A stretch of DNA of 64,000 bases from Harriotta raleighana (lineage: Eukaryota). The notes under the pieces were generated by a model. That model did no database searches. It saw nothing but the letters and a program-made list of their open reading frames with translations, and was not told where the DNA came from. The stretch spans positions 5,776,314 to 5,840,313 of the forward strand of contig JBNZDD010013698.1 in NCBI GenBank assembly GCA_050575255.1, in the 5' to 3' direction. Positions 37,589 through 50,791 of the stretch are shown in pieces. Position numbers and translations under genes: made by a program. Position 1 is the first letter of the stretch; every line of letters starts with the position of its first letter.

Positions 37589-38809
37589 ATTTTAAAAAAA
37601 GGTGCTTGATTGGGGACATGAATTGACTGACACAGCTTTGACTCAGAATCCAGTAGTGCCATTATACATTATATTCTACATTAAATTCTAGTTTTGAAAA
37701 TGCTTCCTGGGAACATTCATCAGGGCTACCTGAATTCTAATTTGTGGATTAGAAACAGGAAAAATGCAGGAACATTATTTGAATGATGCAAAACAATTCA
37801 GTATCCCCATATTCCGGCTGTTCTGGTACATTTCTGTGGTTTGAACTGTATATTTTGAGAATTGCAAAGAAAGATGATCTGCCCTCTCAGATGCTATCCT
37901 GGATGAAGGTAAATTGTATCTGATTTAAGATTGAATGAATCCAACGCTCTTTGGTGGTGAGAGATGACTTGACAGGGTTGATGGGCAAATATCCCAAATC
38001 TCATCGAATAAAACATCCTCTCAATAGAAAAAGGATGTGCATTAAAATCACATTTATCCATTCCAGTACCTGGAGATATTCTCACTGCCAATAATTTGGG
38101 CTGAAAGCTGCTTTAAGCTTTGCTTGCAGCCATTTATTGGCCAGTATCAATTTCACTTCTAAGTACATGTATGGTTCTCCTCTCAGATGTGGTGTTAAGA
38201 AATGCTAGAATATAAAATTATATCATATTTCAAAGCTCTGTGCAAATTATGTGTTCCCTCTGGTGTGTTGTTGCAATGGTAAATTGCATTGTGCATCAAG
38301 TGAATCATCAGGATATGACATCTGATATCTCATACTTCCGATCCAAGCATGAAATTCAAATGGTCTTTACACATTCCCTCCTATTACAGTGTATGGAATC
38401 CCTGCTCCTCACATTATTTACACCTGTAATTGTTTCACCACAATAGAATGATTTCTTCATCATTCAGCTGCAGTGGAAAAGTTCTGATGTTCCTGTCTAT
38501 GAATAGGTCCATAGACGTACTTTGAAGTGAAATTGACAACACTGTGTAATTGAAGTACTGTACACAGTGGTAGATCTTTTAAAATTTATCTAAAGTTGGT
38601 AAAGCCAGGCTCTGGAAATTCAATAGAAAGTTGAACACATTGAAATGCTGGGCAACAATATTTGAGGTTAGCAGGTTATCAATGCAGTGGATGAAAACTA
38701 AACTAGGCATCTCTATTTGTGGATGTTCTCTGCAAATTTGCAGATATGAATTAACGCATAATGTTTCTATTCCAACGTTTATATTTCAGCCTTTACTTTA
38801 GTAGTAATT

Positions 38810-39238
38810 ATAATTATAATAATTCCATTTGATATAGCATCTCATCACATTGTCAAGAAGTCTCGTAATGCTTCACAGGTTATAGTCTAAAGTGCAGTGA
38901 CTGTATTTTGTGGGTGAAAGGCGGCAGAGATCTGTACACAACAATGCCCACAATCAGCCATGTGGATTGTTGGTGAGAAATTGTGGCATGAGATCAGTAA
39001 TAGTAAGTAGGAACCCGGTTGTTAGACAATTGGTGCATTGCTTTTTGGGGAGTAATAATTCCTACAAAAAAATAATAATTTGGTCACTCAATCCATAACT
39101 ATGTGCAACACTGCTGTGCGCGATTGGCTGCTGTGTTTCACCCACAAAATATACAATCAATCCAATTTACAGTATATTCTGTGAAGTGCTTTGAGACGTC
39201 TCAAAGGCACTATATCAAATGCAAGGATTATTATTATT
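38810..39238. mobile_element. Two partial SINEs in opposite orientation
   Basis: Minus-strand tail ~38810-38960; plus-strand 3' part ~38995-39238. Confidence 0.7.
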
Positions 39239-39934
39239 GCTAGTGCCTCCAGAGGCATTTGTCATTTCCTTCCACAACAATCTCCATCTTGATTTTAGAA
39301 GCAACATTACCTGAGATGGGAGATAAATAGACCCTCGTATTCTTCCAGGGAACCATCTTTATCTGATGCATTAAAGCATTACTATGGACACTTAAGCCTG
39401 TCCCTTTAGATTTATTAACCCACAATTTCCATATTGCCGACTTGATCAAACCTTCCATGCATCTGGGCAAAGTCCACAGAAAGATCAGCAAAGTTGTTAA
39501 TTTAATGTGTATGGGTGATTGTTTTGCAGTTCCTGTAGAATGTGACCTGAATAGCTTTGTATTATAGCAAGCTCAGAGCTGGTCCTATTTGAACTGACTT
39601 TGAACTACCCTGCAGCATGAACACATCATTAGTTACTGCTGATTTATTATTAATTGGGGTTAACGTTTTTGTTTTCTCATTACTGCTTCTGCAGTTGAAA
39701 TGTGGGGCTTAACATGAATTTACGTCTACTTCTTAAACTTCAGTTGCTTGTGGCTGCCTTTAATATAAGATTGTTTTGTGGTCCTGTCACCCAGAAATGG
39801 GGGTGACAATGTGTGCTTTGCTAATGATAAATCATATTGCAGACCTTCAAGAAAACTTGAGTAACATTGTTTATGCTTCTTTAAATGTTCCCCATTCGTT
39901 CACATGTCTGGTCCTTCAAATAGGGCAAAACAAA

Positions 39935-40215
39935 ATGAGGGTGAAACCTTAGGCAACTTTATTCATTCCACATCCCTCTCTTTACTTAGCAGTAATTAGG
40001 AATCTGGTTGTTAGTTGATTGGTTGATAGGTTTCCGGGGTAATAATTCCTATTTTTTTAAAAATTGGTCACTCAATCCACCGCTGTCTGTGGAACATTGC
40101 TGTACACAATTGACTGCTGTGTTTCATCCACAAAACATTCAGTGAACTCACTTCACAGTATATTCTGTGAAGTGCGAATAGACATCTCGAAGAAGTGATG
40201 AAGTGCTATATATAT
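39935..40215 (+). mobile_element. SINE (long variant, head truncated)
   Basis: gggtgaaacctt..ctctctttacttagcagtaattaggaa.. followed by core and tail. Confidence 0.75.
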
Positions 40216-40326
40216 GCAAGGATTAGTATCATAATAAGAAATGGAGTAAACTGTCGACTTCACATCTACTCTCAAGAGGGTTTATTAAGTGACATGTAAA
40301 TGCATATAAATTATGCACGTGTGTAT

Positions 40327-40832
40327 AACAACAACATTATATTTGCACAGTGCCTTTCGTGTCAGGATGATAATAATAGTAATAATAATCCTTACATTTA
40401 TATAGCGCTTTCCATAAGGAGCTAGACAGACAGTATTTTGGACTCAAGCTGGGGGTCAGGATTGGGGATGGTGGGGTGCAGGGGGGAAAAGAGATTGATC
40501 AGAAGCATGGTCGAAGAAGAGGACCTTGAGGTGGGTTCTTGAAGGAGGCGAGGGATGGAGTGGGTGGACGGATTGTGGGGATATAGTTTTACAGGGTGGG
40601 GCAGAATGGCTGAAGGCCTGCATGTTAATGATGGGGCGGGCAAAGCGGGGGATGTGAAGCAGGCCTAACTTGCTGTGGGGCAGGAGTGGGCAGGTTGGTA
40701 GGAGGTTAGGAGGTTGCAGAGGTAAGGGGGAGCAAGACCATGAGAGTTTTTAAATGTGAGGACCAGGAACTTGAACTGTATCCTCTGTGATGGGAAGTCA
40801 GTGGAGTCGGGCTAGAGTGGGGGTGATTGGGT
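40327..40832 (-). mobile_element. L2 3' fragment(s)
   Basis: Tail sequences plus reverse-complement LHxLP..RIQFKFLVLTFK. Confidence 0.75.
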
Positions 40833-41971
40833 ATAAATCATGTATAATGCAAGAATAAGAGTTGCACTGATGTAATTATTTCATTAATTGTTTATTGCAT
40901 AATTAAGAGAACTGTAATTCCCTTTGGTTTACACATGCGCATAATGCATACACCTTTACACATGATTTACAAATTGTGCATAATAGACCTGTCATCCGCA
41001 TTTCTTATCTATTAATGTTGCCTGGCTGATCAGGTCCGCATATCCTCTCCTCAGGTTTGATTTTGTCTCCCTTCCCTGTATTCCAGTGCTCTTTTTGAAA
41101 CTGTGTTAGCACAAAGGCACAGCTTGATAACTACAGAAAACTTCTCGAAAATGAACTCCTGACACGACTATTTAAATGTTATTGTACAGAGAAAAGTGAC
41201 ATGACCAGGATTGCAGTACAAGCTCTTGGTTCAGATGAATAGAGAGCTGCAGTGATATTTATCAGCCTGACTGCATTTTAAAGAGTTGACCCAAGATAAA
41301 TCTGGATGCGTGTGTTGTCAAATGCTGAAGAATGATTATTAGGAAATGTATTCTTGATTGACCGAGCCACAAAATACCAGTTGTTTACAGTGTATGGAAA
41401 AAAAAATCATAGTGTATTTTTTGGGGGCTGTGAGACTTTTGTTTTTGAGGTTCAGACAGTTAAAAGGTTTAGGATGTCATTAGGTCTGAAAACCTACAAT
41501 CATTCTGAAGGATTCTTTTGCTGTATGGTGTTACATGCTCATAAGTAGCATCCTGTAGCTCAGACGTCTTCAAAGAAGACATCTATGTCAAATGCAAGGT
41601 TGATTTGCTTATTACAGTATTATGATTGATGTTTAAAAAAATGATATTGCCTGCATTGAGCATATTGCGCAAAACCTGATGTTTCACCTGGGTATCATTT
41701 CATGAATTTCTTTGAAGAAAAAAACCACAAAATTTTAGACACTTATGGGCATACATTTTGCCAACTGTTCTCGTTCTGAAAGGCATGTTTAACTTCAGAA
41801 GCAGTAAAAAGAAATGTATAATGTGCCAAGATTAAAGGGGTGACTGTCTTCAGCATTTGACAAAAAGCATTTGACAGTCCTTTCTCTACCAGAGCTTCCG
41901 AGAAGAGGTCTGAATCCTTTCTTTCATGGTGATATGATGCGCAAATTACACAATGGGGTTGAAATGGAGGT

Positions 41972-42291
41972 GGAGTCCCGTAGCTCAGTGGTTAGAGCAC
42001 TCGCCTTACAAGCGTGAGACCTGTGTTTCGCATCCAGGCAGGTCAGGGCGAAACCTTGAGCAACTTTCCTTACTCCACATTCCTAATAATAATCCCTCCA
42101 AAAAAACCACAACAATAAAATTGGTCATTTCAATCCATGACTGTTTGTGGAACACTGCTTTGCACAATTGGCTGCCGCCCACACATGTATGATCAATTCA
42201 CTTTCCAGTATATTCTGTGAAGCGCTTTGAGACATTTAGAAGAGGTGAAAAGTGCTATATCAAATGCAAGGATTATTATTATTTTATTATT
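41972..42291 (+). mobile_element. Full-length tRNA-derived SINE
   Basis: ggagtcccgtagctcagtggttagagcactcgccttacaagcg... tail (TTA)n. Confidence 0.9.
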
Positions 42292-43629
42292 AAAAGGCAA
42301 GATTAGCAAAGAATTTGTAACTGATGAATTCTGTAGCTACCTGGACGCTCCCAGCTCTGGCTAGACATCAGTTTCCCAGAGGAATTGCCAAAGGTGTATC
42401 TGAGGCCCATGAGGTTACCTGCAGGTCTATTGTTTGCCATTCTATTTACAAATCTCATAATTTAGACCCCAATATATTCATTTGGTGTGATTTTTAAATA
42501 ATTGTCTTATGAATACATGCAAAAAGGGTTGTTAGGCATAAGTTTACATTTCTTGTTTTCCCTATCCCCCAGTGATTGGTTTTATGATCCACGTACTTGC
42601 CTTCTACGTACTTGCAGTGGGCTTGCCCCCACATAATCTCTGTGCTCTCCTATTGTCTTTGGGACAACAGCGCCTTGGGACGTCCTCCCGACGTAAAAGA
42701 ACGCTATAAATGTAATTTTGTTTGTGTTTGTTTGTCCTGCTCCATGGACTAAAGTTTGCTTCATTCTTGAGCTGCTCAGGACTTACTTTTGTTACAAGAT
42801 CTGTTTCTTTCACATGAATTCCACAAATAAAATTTTAATCTATTTCACCATTCACTACTATTGATAATCTATTGGACTCTTGTCTCCAATGCCTGTGGTG
42901 TTATTGTAAGTTCTACATCTGGTGTTATGCAAATGTAATTTTGTTGTATTTTTGATGTAGCATCTGCTGCTCAGATCTCCATTCTGTATGCATTCTGTGT
43001 CTCATCCACATCACTGAAGTGCTTTTTCCCAATGGAATTTCTGCAAGTTGAGGTAACGTATCCCCGAACAGTTACTGTGAATGTTTATTATAAATAATTG
43101 AAATAATTATAAATAGTTGCCCATGGTGCTGGGTTTTTCACTTGCTCTCTCACACACCTCTTCCATTGGAGCTATCTATGTGAACACTAATTCTCTGTTC
43201 TTTCCCTGCATTGTTTCTTTCATAATTTCTGTATAATATTGAGTTAATACATTCTAGCCGCAAGTTCACATTATGTTTAATAATTGCTGAAGTTTATGTA
43301 AATCCATTGGAATAGGTGCCTTGTTGCAGGTAGGTGAAATTCTGAAAGATGCAGATGGGAAATAGAATAGAAAGACCAGAACATATAATTCTTCCTAAAG
43401 GTCAAGAAACAAAGCCATAACAGGGACTAGTTAGCTTTCCACAAACTCAGCCGTACACAGATTAAAAAACATATTTCATCCTAAATAGGAATTTTGTGGA
43501 ATCAAAGATGTTGCACTATTTACATTGGATGGCTACTTTCAAAATTGTGGAAACAATAATTGTTCAGTGGGCATGTCTGCAGACATATAAAAGGGCACAT
43601 TTGTACAATGTGTACATAAAATAATCTTG

Positions 43630-43969
43630 GGAGTCCTGTAGCTCAGTGCTTAGAGGACTCGCCTCACAAGTGAAAGACCTGGGTTTCATTCATGACAGGG
43701 ACAAACCTTGGGCAACTTTCCTTATTCGGCATTGCCTGATAATAATCCCTCAAGAAAAAAATAATAAAATTGGTCACTTCAATCCATGACTATTTGTGGG
43801 ACACTGCTATACGCAATTGGCTGCCACGTTTTGCAATTGGCTGCCATGTTTTGCCCGCAAACATACAATTAATTCGCTTTATACTGTATTCTGTGAAGTG
43901 CTTTGAGATGCCTAGAAGACATGAAAAGTACTGTATATCAAATGTAAGAATTATTCTTATTTATTATTA
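43630..43969 (+). mobile_element. tRNA-derived SINE
   Basis: Complete copy with an internal duplication of gcaattggctgccaYgttttg. Confidence 0.87.
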
Positions 43970-44080
43970 TAATCTTTTATATTTTCATTTGCTTGAGCAT
44001 AAACACAATTTACATAATCTTAATGTGTATGTACAATAATCCTTCATATTCTCATTTGCTTGAGTATAAACACAATTTAG

Positions 44081-45690
44081 AACAACAACAAAAGTACATT
44101 TATAGAGCGCCTTCCATGTCAGGAGGATGACCCAAGCGGCTGAACTGTCGGGTCGGGACTCGAGCATGGGGAAGGGGTGGAGTAGGTGTAAGGGGAGGAG
44201 AGAAGTGGGAGGGCAGCTGAAGGCATGGTTGAAAATTAGGATCTTGAGGCCATGAAGGAGGCAAGGGAGGAATGAAAGTGGAGTGACCGTGGGGTAGAGC
44301 AACTGAAAGCTCGGCCACCGATGGTAGGGCGGGTCGGGCGGTAGACGTGGAGCAGATCGGAGCCTGCTGAATGGGAGGAAGTGGGCAGGTTGGTAGGGCG
44401 TCGGCAGGTTGGAGAAGTAGGAGAGGGCAAGGCTATGGATGGCCTTGAAAGTAAGGACAAGGATCTTGAATTCTATCCTCTGGTGGATGGGGAGCCAATG
44501 AAGCCAGGCGAGGGTGGGAATGATGGGGTTGTGGAGCCTGGTGCGGGATAGCATACAAGCTGCAGAGTTTGGGATGATCTGCAGCTTGTGAAGGGGAGAG
44601 TTCAGAAGACCGATGAGGAGGGAGTTTCTGTAGTCAAGCCTTAATGTGACGAATATATGGGTGAGGGTTTCGGGAGCCTGAGGGGTGAAGTAGTGGCGGA
44701 GACTGGCAATGTTGCTGAGGTGGTGGAAGACAGTGCTGGTCATGGTGCTGATGTGGCGGACAAAAAGGACAGTACAGGGTCAAACAAGACACCCAGTTCC
44801 TGACTGACTTTGTAAGTGTGCAGCCATGGATGCTGATTCTGCCAAGATCCATCTTGTCCCTTTGACAGAAAAGGGAGGTTGGAGATGGGTCAGTTGAAGA
44901 GCTGTGATGCATCAAGGGAAAGTTTCTTTAAAATGGGGGAGATAGGGCTGAGGTGGGGATGGAAATTGAGTGGGCAATGGCAGCTGAGGATGATTTGGCA
45001 TAGGCGAGAGCAGAGTACAGTAAAAGCCTGCGTATCCGGCACCCTCAGGACCTGTCATGTGCCGGAATGTGCTGAATATGTGGGGGACAAGTTGCCAAAA
45101 ATCCAACACAAAAAATTTACTTTTTTTTTAAACATGCCATATTAATAATAGACTAAATAATAACCGAATATTGTATGGATATATACCAATAAAGCAATAA
45201 ATATCGATTATAGTCTATAAACACAGCACACAATCACAAAGAAAACTTTCTACAATGGTGGATGGAAGAGTTTTTTTCTCTTAAAACGGCATTGTTGGTT
45301 TTTCCTCTTAAAGTGATACTTTAAGAGGAAAAACCGACAGTGCTGCTTTAAGAGGAAAAACCGGCAATGCGACTTCAAGCCACTACTGGCAGCATTCAGA
45401 ACTATTCATGCTGTACTCTCGTGAGACAACTGAATGCGCCAGCGAGAGTGTGCTGGATGGCTCCGGTTGCTTAAATATGGAATTTTATGGGGGGCGCTGG
45501 TTAGTTGGGCATTCCAGTTGTCTGGGTGCCGCATAAACAGACTTTTACTGTAGTAGGTTTTGATGTGGTCCAGCCAGATGTGCCAGTGGATCGTTAGGTT
45601 GGATTTGAGCCAAGTGCATTCGGTGGCCAGCACCTGGCCTTTGAGCCAGCAGAGCTGGATGGTGAACCAGGGTGAGGTTCAAGAATAGGA
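44081..45690 (-). mobile_element. Internally deleted L2 LINE interrupted by a MITE
   Basis: ORF 43985-44743 (RLDY..LQII..LHWLPIHQRIEFKILVLTFKA); pre-RT motif at ~44865-44930; upstream PWFT..IHWHIWLDHIKTY at 45551-45670. Confidence 0.85.
45018..45550. mobile_element. Tigger-like MITE related to family A, nested in L2
   Basis: TA-cagtaaaagcctgcgtatccggcaccc ... gggtgccgcataaacagacttttactg-TA. Confidence 0.85.
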
Positions 45691-46114
45691 GGCAGAAATC
45701 ATAGAAATGAAATGATAAAAATTAAACTGAAAAATATTCACAACTACTTAACACAAGCAAATGAACAGGGTAGAGGAGGAAGAGAGATATCTAATGCCGC
45801 TTTATCATTTAAAAAAAAACCTTTGAGACAGCTGGATAATGATGTCTTTGGGGATCAAGGGTTAGAACTTGAAAGAATCATGTGAAATTGATCAAAATCG
45901 ATAGGTTCGAGGGGGTTAGGCACAAGGTTATTTGTGTTCTCATTTTGTAACTTGGCAGATCAGGACCCTCGGTTAGCTCTCACACCTCCTCCTCATATGC
46001 TATGTTTCTGATGATTGTCAAATATTGCTCCCCCTAACCTACAGTAATAATTTCAGGCAGGAACTTGTTTGAAGCTTTTTGTATAGCATTTTTTTTTCTT
46101 CTACTACCTATGTG

Positions 46115-46320
46115 AAAAACAGAAATTGTGGGAACATTCAGCAGGTCAGACAGCATCTATGAAGAAAGGAAAGTGAGTCAACGTTTTGTGTCCATGACCC
46201 TTCGTCAGAACTGGGCCAAGTTGAGAGGGAGAAGCTTTTAAGAACGAAAAGAGAAGGGTGGAGGGTAGGGCAAGGAAGACTAAAGAAAACGGGGTAGAGG
46301 ACAGGAGAAGATAGGTTAAA
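46115..46320 (-). mobile_element. Penelope-like terminal fragment with hammerhead-like core
   Basis: Reverse complement agtt-CTGACGA-agggtcatggacac-aAAA-cgtt-gact, followed by the common terminal sequence. Confidence 0.75.
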
Positions 46321-46359
46321 ATGGTGTTAGAAGGTGCTTAATAGTATTAATTAGTTCTA

Positions 46360-46661
46360 TAATCATTGCATTTGATATAGCGCTTTTCACATCTTCTAGA
46401 CTTCTCAAAGCGCTTCCCAGAATATACTCTCAAGTGAATTAACTGTATATTTTTTGTGGGCAAAATGCGGCAGCCAATTACGCACAGCAGTGTCCCACAA
46501 ATAGTCGTTCATTGAATTTTATTTATTATAGGTTTTTTTTGGACAGATTATTATTAGGAGTAAGGAAACTTGCCCAAGGTTTCGCCCTGACCTGCCTTGA
46601 TTCAAAACACAGGTCTCATGCTTGTAAGGTGAGTGCTCCAAACACTGAGCTACAGGACTCC
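46360..46661 (-). mobile_element. tRNA-derived SINE
   Basis: Complete minus-strand copy ending gagctacaggactcc. Confidence 0.88.
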
Positions 46662-47912
46662 TACAGTTCTGAAGTGAGGTGATGATAAATATGACTAGTG
46701 CTAGGAAATCTAACTGTATTGATAGGAAATTGAATAGGCCATAGGTGCTTATGTGACTCAGGCGATTATACGATTTATCTAGAAAAAACTTTTACAATAT
46801 TACAAAACCTTCTCTTCTGTCATTCTTATCGTTCCTTATTTTCTCACTTATTTATGTAAATATCCTTTTACTTAAATAAAGATCTTCCTGCGTTTTCTAT
46901 TTTTCCTTTTTCAACATTGCCACTTAAGTATAGATGAGAGAAAATAGGTTTTGATGTGTTGTTCTTTGAACAATCTTGATGCAAATGTTTAATCACGGGA
47001 AAATGTTTTGGAGACAATCTTTTTATCAGTTCACTGACTTGAACTAAGTAATAAATTTGCATCGTAAATACTTAAAATGTTCACAGACACCTTTCTGTTT
47101 TATGGGACAATCTTGTTCTTTAATCTAAGTCAGGCACATGAAATTTTGATTTGTTCTGCCTCTGAAGGTAAAGTTATAAAGCTTCATTGTTACTTATCAT
47201 AATGGCATGCTGTAAAGTGGCTGTGGAGATGCTAGGATCTGTTTGTCATTTTTCATTTAATATAGCAGGACGTTAATTATCTGCCAAGGCCAAATATGCC
47301 AGCCTTTGGCTCACATCCTTGGCGCAAAGCATTATTTATTCAGGCATGACTCATTAGAGAAATTGAAATTCAAGGTGACATTGTACTGAAAAATTAAAAC
47401 ATTCAAATAATCGTTTTACTCGTTATTCGAAGGGCAGGGAATCTTAGGAGCAAGTCCCTTTCTCTCTCAACCTCAAAGACTGAGAGGCAAAGTAAATTCA
47501 CTTTCAGAATATGTTTCCTTGAATAAGGAATGGGGAATTGCCCCTATGTCTCAAAACAGTTCAAAGTTTAATGCTGCACAGCTCATGAGTGCAGTAGTAC
47601 AACAGATATTGTTGGAGCTTGCCAATGCCAAATTTGGCCAACTACTGCAATGAGTGTTTATTGACATAAAAAGGACCGTGTCTAGACTGCAGTCTATTGG
47701 CTACAGGAGTTAAGCATTCAATATATGTTTAAAAGTGATGGAGGAGAAATTCTAATGCGAAATGACTTTTTTGTTTCTTTTGATGAAGGTTTTTGCTCAT
47801 CAAAGTGAATTATATTACTGCTACTGTAGAATTAAACATGTTTCAATTCTAGGAACCCGTCAGCATCACACCCTATAGGCCAGCTGTAGAATAGATTGGA
47901 TGCAGCATAATA

Positions 47913-48331
47913 CAGTAAAACCTTGTTTATCCATGACGCGATCAACCGGATTGCTCGACCCCCTCCTGGGGCAATTCCCCATTCCAGGAATCACGAGTTT
48001 ACTCACTTTGCGCATTTATGCAATGCGTGTGCATGCGCACTCATTAAACTTATGAACTTGGGTTTTTTACCGATCAGTAAAAAAATACTGTTTTTACCGA
48101 TTTTTTTTTACCGAGTGTACTGGAATGCTTTATTGGTAAGTATCCATACAATATTCTGTTAGTGTGTAGTCTATTATTAACATGGTATGTTTTAAAATAA
48201 GTAAATTTTTTATGTTGGGTTTTCGGCAACTTGTCCCCCGTTTATCTGACACAGTCAATTAGTCGACCCCCTGCCCTCCCCCCACTCCATCCCCACCCCA
48301 CTGAGCGTGCCGGATAAATGGGGTTTTACTG
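47913..48331. mobile_element. MITE family A (opposite orientation to the 2106 and 29078 copies)
   Basis: TA-cagtaaaaccttgtttatcc ... ggataaatggggttttactg-TA. Confidence 0.9.
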
Positions 48332-49794
48332 TATTTTAACTGAAATGCCCTCCCTTACACCACAGAACATTCAATAGGAGAGACTGGTTCATGATAGTTA
48401 CTTTCTGAATCTTTTGCCTATTTAAAAACTGTTTCCTTCAGTGTAGGCTCTTGAGAAATGATTGTTGTATTTGAACTTTACAACTTCCATAGCAACGCTA
48501 TAGCTACCATAGATAATGAGTTACATGAAATGTGGTCTTAAAATAAAATGGGATGTAAATCTTGTGGGAACATTTTAGTGTTGAGACCTTTTACAGGCAT
48601 GAGTGCCCTTCAGTGTGTCACATTACGTTTATTTTAATTCCCTTTAATTAGCTCTAATTTGTGAAATGAACTATTGCTAAGAGCCATTTAGGATTCCCAA
48701 GCCAGGCTTCAATTACTGGCAGCAAATAAATACAAATTGGCAATTCGAGATACAGGTAGAACAGTTATTACTTGTGAATGACAAACCAGAGGTGAAGGTG
48801 GCCCATGTTTATGAAGGGCTTTTGGAGATGAATTAAGAGGCTCTATCCAGTGCAATCTGTTTCGTTCAGCTATGATTAATTATCAAAGTTCAAAATTGAT
48901 GGCAGATGGGATGTCGAATCATAATTAATAGAGGGATATTCAACATGTCAAACCAGCTGTCAGTTTATACAGTGTTTCCCCATGTTACTTAATACTGTGT
49001 AAGGCAGCCTCATTGCCTAGGTTTGATATCTCAGAGACTGGATTCTAACGACTGTTATAAAATGTCGATTTCCAAATTATGAGGTTGTTGCTGACATCAC
49101 TCTCTGTGAGTCACAAACTTAGTGCACAAAGTCACAGTGACATCACCCTCAATGTCCTACACATGCCTGCTATGTGCAAACAGCTCCGCCAAGGTCCATT
49201 CCTTCACAAAGTAATGTCAGATGCTCTTCCTTATATTGTATATATACATGTGTAGCAAGCAACCCCCTCCTGACCCAAGTTTTTAGCAAGGGAAGCTACC
49301 CGATCAGTGCCAGAAACTGGAATACTTACAAATCAAATCAATATTTCTCACCTGATTATTCTGATGGTATTTGTGGGACGTTGCCGTGCACAATTGGCTG
49401 CCGCGTTTCGCCCACAAATACATTAAATTCACTTTACAGTATATTCTGTAAAGAGCTTTGAGATATCTTGAAGACCTGATAAGATGCTACATCAAATCTA
49501 AATGCTTTTCAACAAGCTTTGTGTTTTTTTATCGAATGAGAACAATTTGACATTGAATAATTTTCACCTTGTCCGACCAGTTTGGTTCAGATTTTTTGAA
49601 CGTTTTAATGACAGTAATAATCCTTCCATTTGGTGTAGTGTTTTAGTACGTCGTTATGGTGTCTTCGCAGAATATACTGAAGAGTGAATTGAGTGTTTTG
49701 TGAGGTCGAAACGCGGCATCTGATTGCACATAGCAGTGTCCCACAAACAGTGTTGGATTGAGTGACCCCTTTTAATTTTATATTTTATTTTATA

Positions 49795-50150
49795 GATTGA
49801 TACAAGGTACAACTCAGAAATAGGCTATTCAGCCCATCCAGTCCAGCCGTTGCTTATACAGTACTCTATATGAGTGCTCATCCTAGATCCTATCCCAAGA
49901 TCCATAATCTGTCTTTCCTCATAATCCATCAACATTATTTTCGCTCAACTATGTGTCCAGCCTTATTTTAAATGTACACATGGTTGTTTACATCAATAAC
50001 TGCCTATGGCAGAGAATTTCACACTCCTACCACTCTTTTTGTGAAAAATATCCTCCTAATCTCTATTGTTGATCTCCCAGCAATATTTTATATTAAATCT
50101 TTGCCCTCTAGTTTCAGACTCCAAACCACTGAAAATAATCTTTCCCTTAA
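49795..50150 (-). mobile_element. CR1 3' fragment
   Basis: aggctattcagcccatc tail and ggcagagaatttcacactcctaccactcttttt (reverse complement RVVGVxNSLP). Confidence 0.65.
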
Positions 50151-50511
50151 TCCTCAAGTCTTTGGTTTCCCCTTTGTTACCACATAATATTTCCCTCAAT
50201 ATTGTTGAGAGAAATATTATTTACTGTATTATGCTTTAGGAACATGTAGGAGTTAATCAAAATTGCCTTCAAGCAGCCTTCGATAAATTTCTGTTTGCGT
50301 TACACATTGACTTTGCTGCAAGTGTGAATGTAAATATTCATGGTCGTCTCAATGGTGTCTCAATGCTATAATTTTATTGTTGAGATTTTATATCACTGTG
50401 TTTATCTCTCTTAAAATGAAGCAGTATAAAATCCACATTACATCCCCCATTTAAAACTAACATTCAGTGTACTTAACTGCTCATATTTTGTTTCAATATT
50501 TACTATAATAT

Positions 50512-50791
50512 GTTCCGCTGACCCACCTGCTCCATCATTGGCGGGCGAGCCTTCAGCCACTCTGCCTCTAACCACTGGCACTCCATTTCGCAGTCCCTCC
50601 GCCTCGTCCCCTCCCTGGCCTCCTTCAAGTCCCTCCTCAAGACCTTCCTCTTTGACGGTCTCATTGGTCACCCCAAATCCCCACTTTACCTCCACCTGTC
50701 CCGTCCCCAGCTCAGGTCTGAAATAATGACTGTCCAGCGTCTCGGGATGTAAATGATGTGAAAGGTGTTATACAAGTGTAATTTTGTTGTT
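50512..50791 (+). mobile_element. L2 3' fragment
   Basis: ggcgggcgagccttcagc (GGRAFS), ctcaagaccttcctctttgac (LKTFLFD), tail. Confidence 0.8.

Noticed and set aside
41972-42045. tRNA-like sequence (A box, anticodon-like stem-loop ctcgc-cttacaa-gcgtg, B box), repeated at many sites
   Set aside because: These are SINE heads: there is no acceptor-stem closure, and each continues into the SINE body and tail.
43318-43336. Another AG|GT motif (ttgttgcag|gtaggt)
   Set aside because: Short pyrimidine tract and an upstream AG nearby; much weaker than the 57535 site.
48484-48496. RFX X-box-like cttccatagcaac
   Set aside because: A single imperfect motif with no supporting context.
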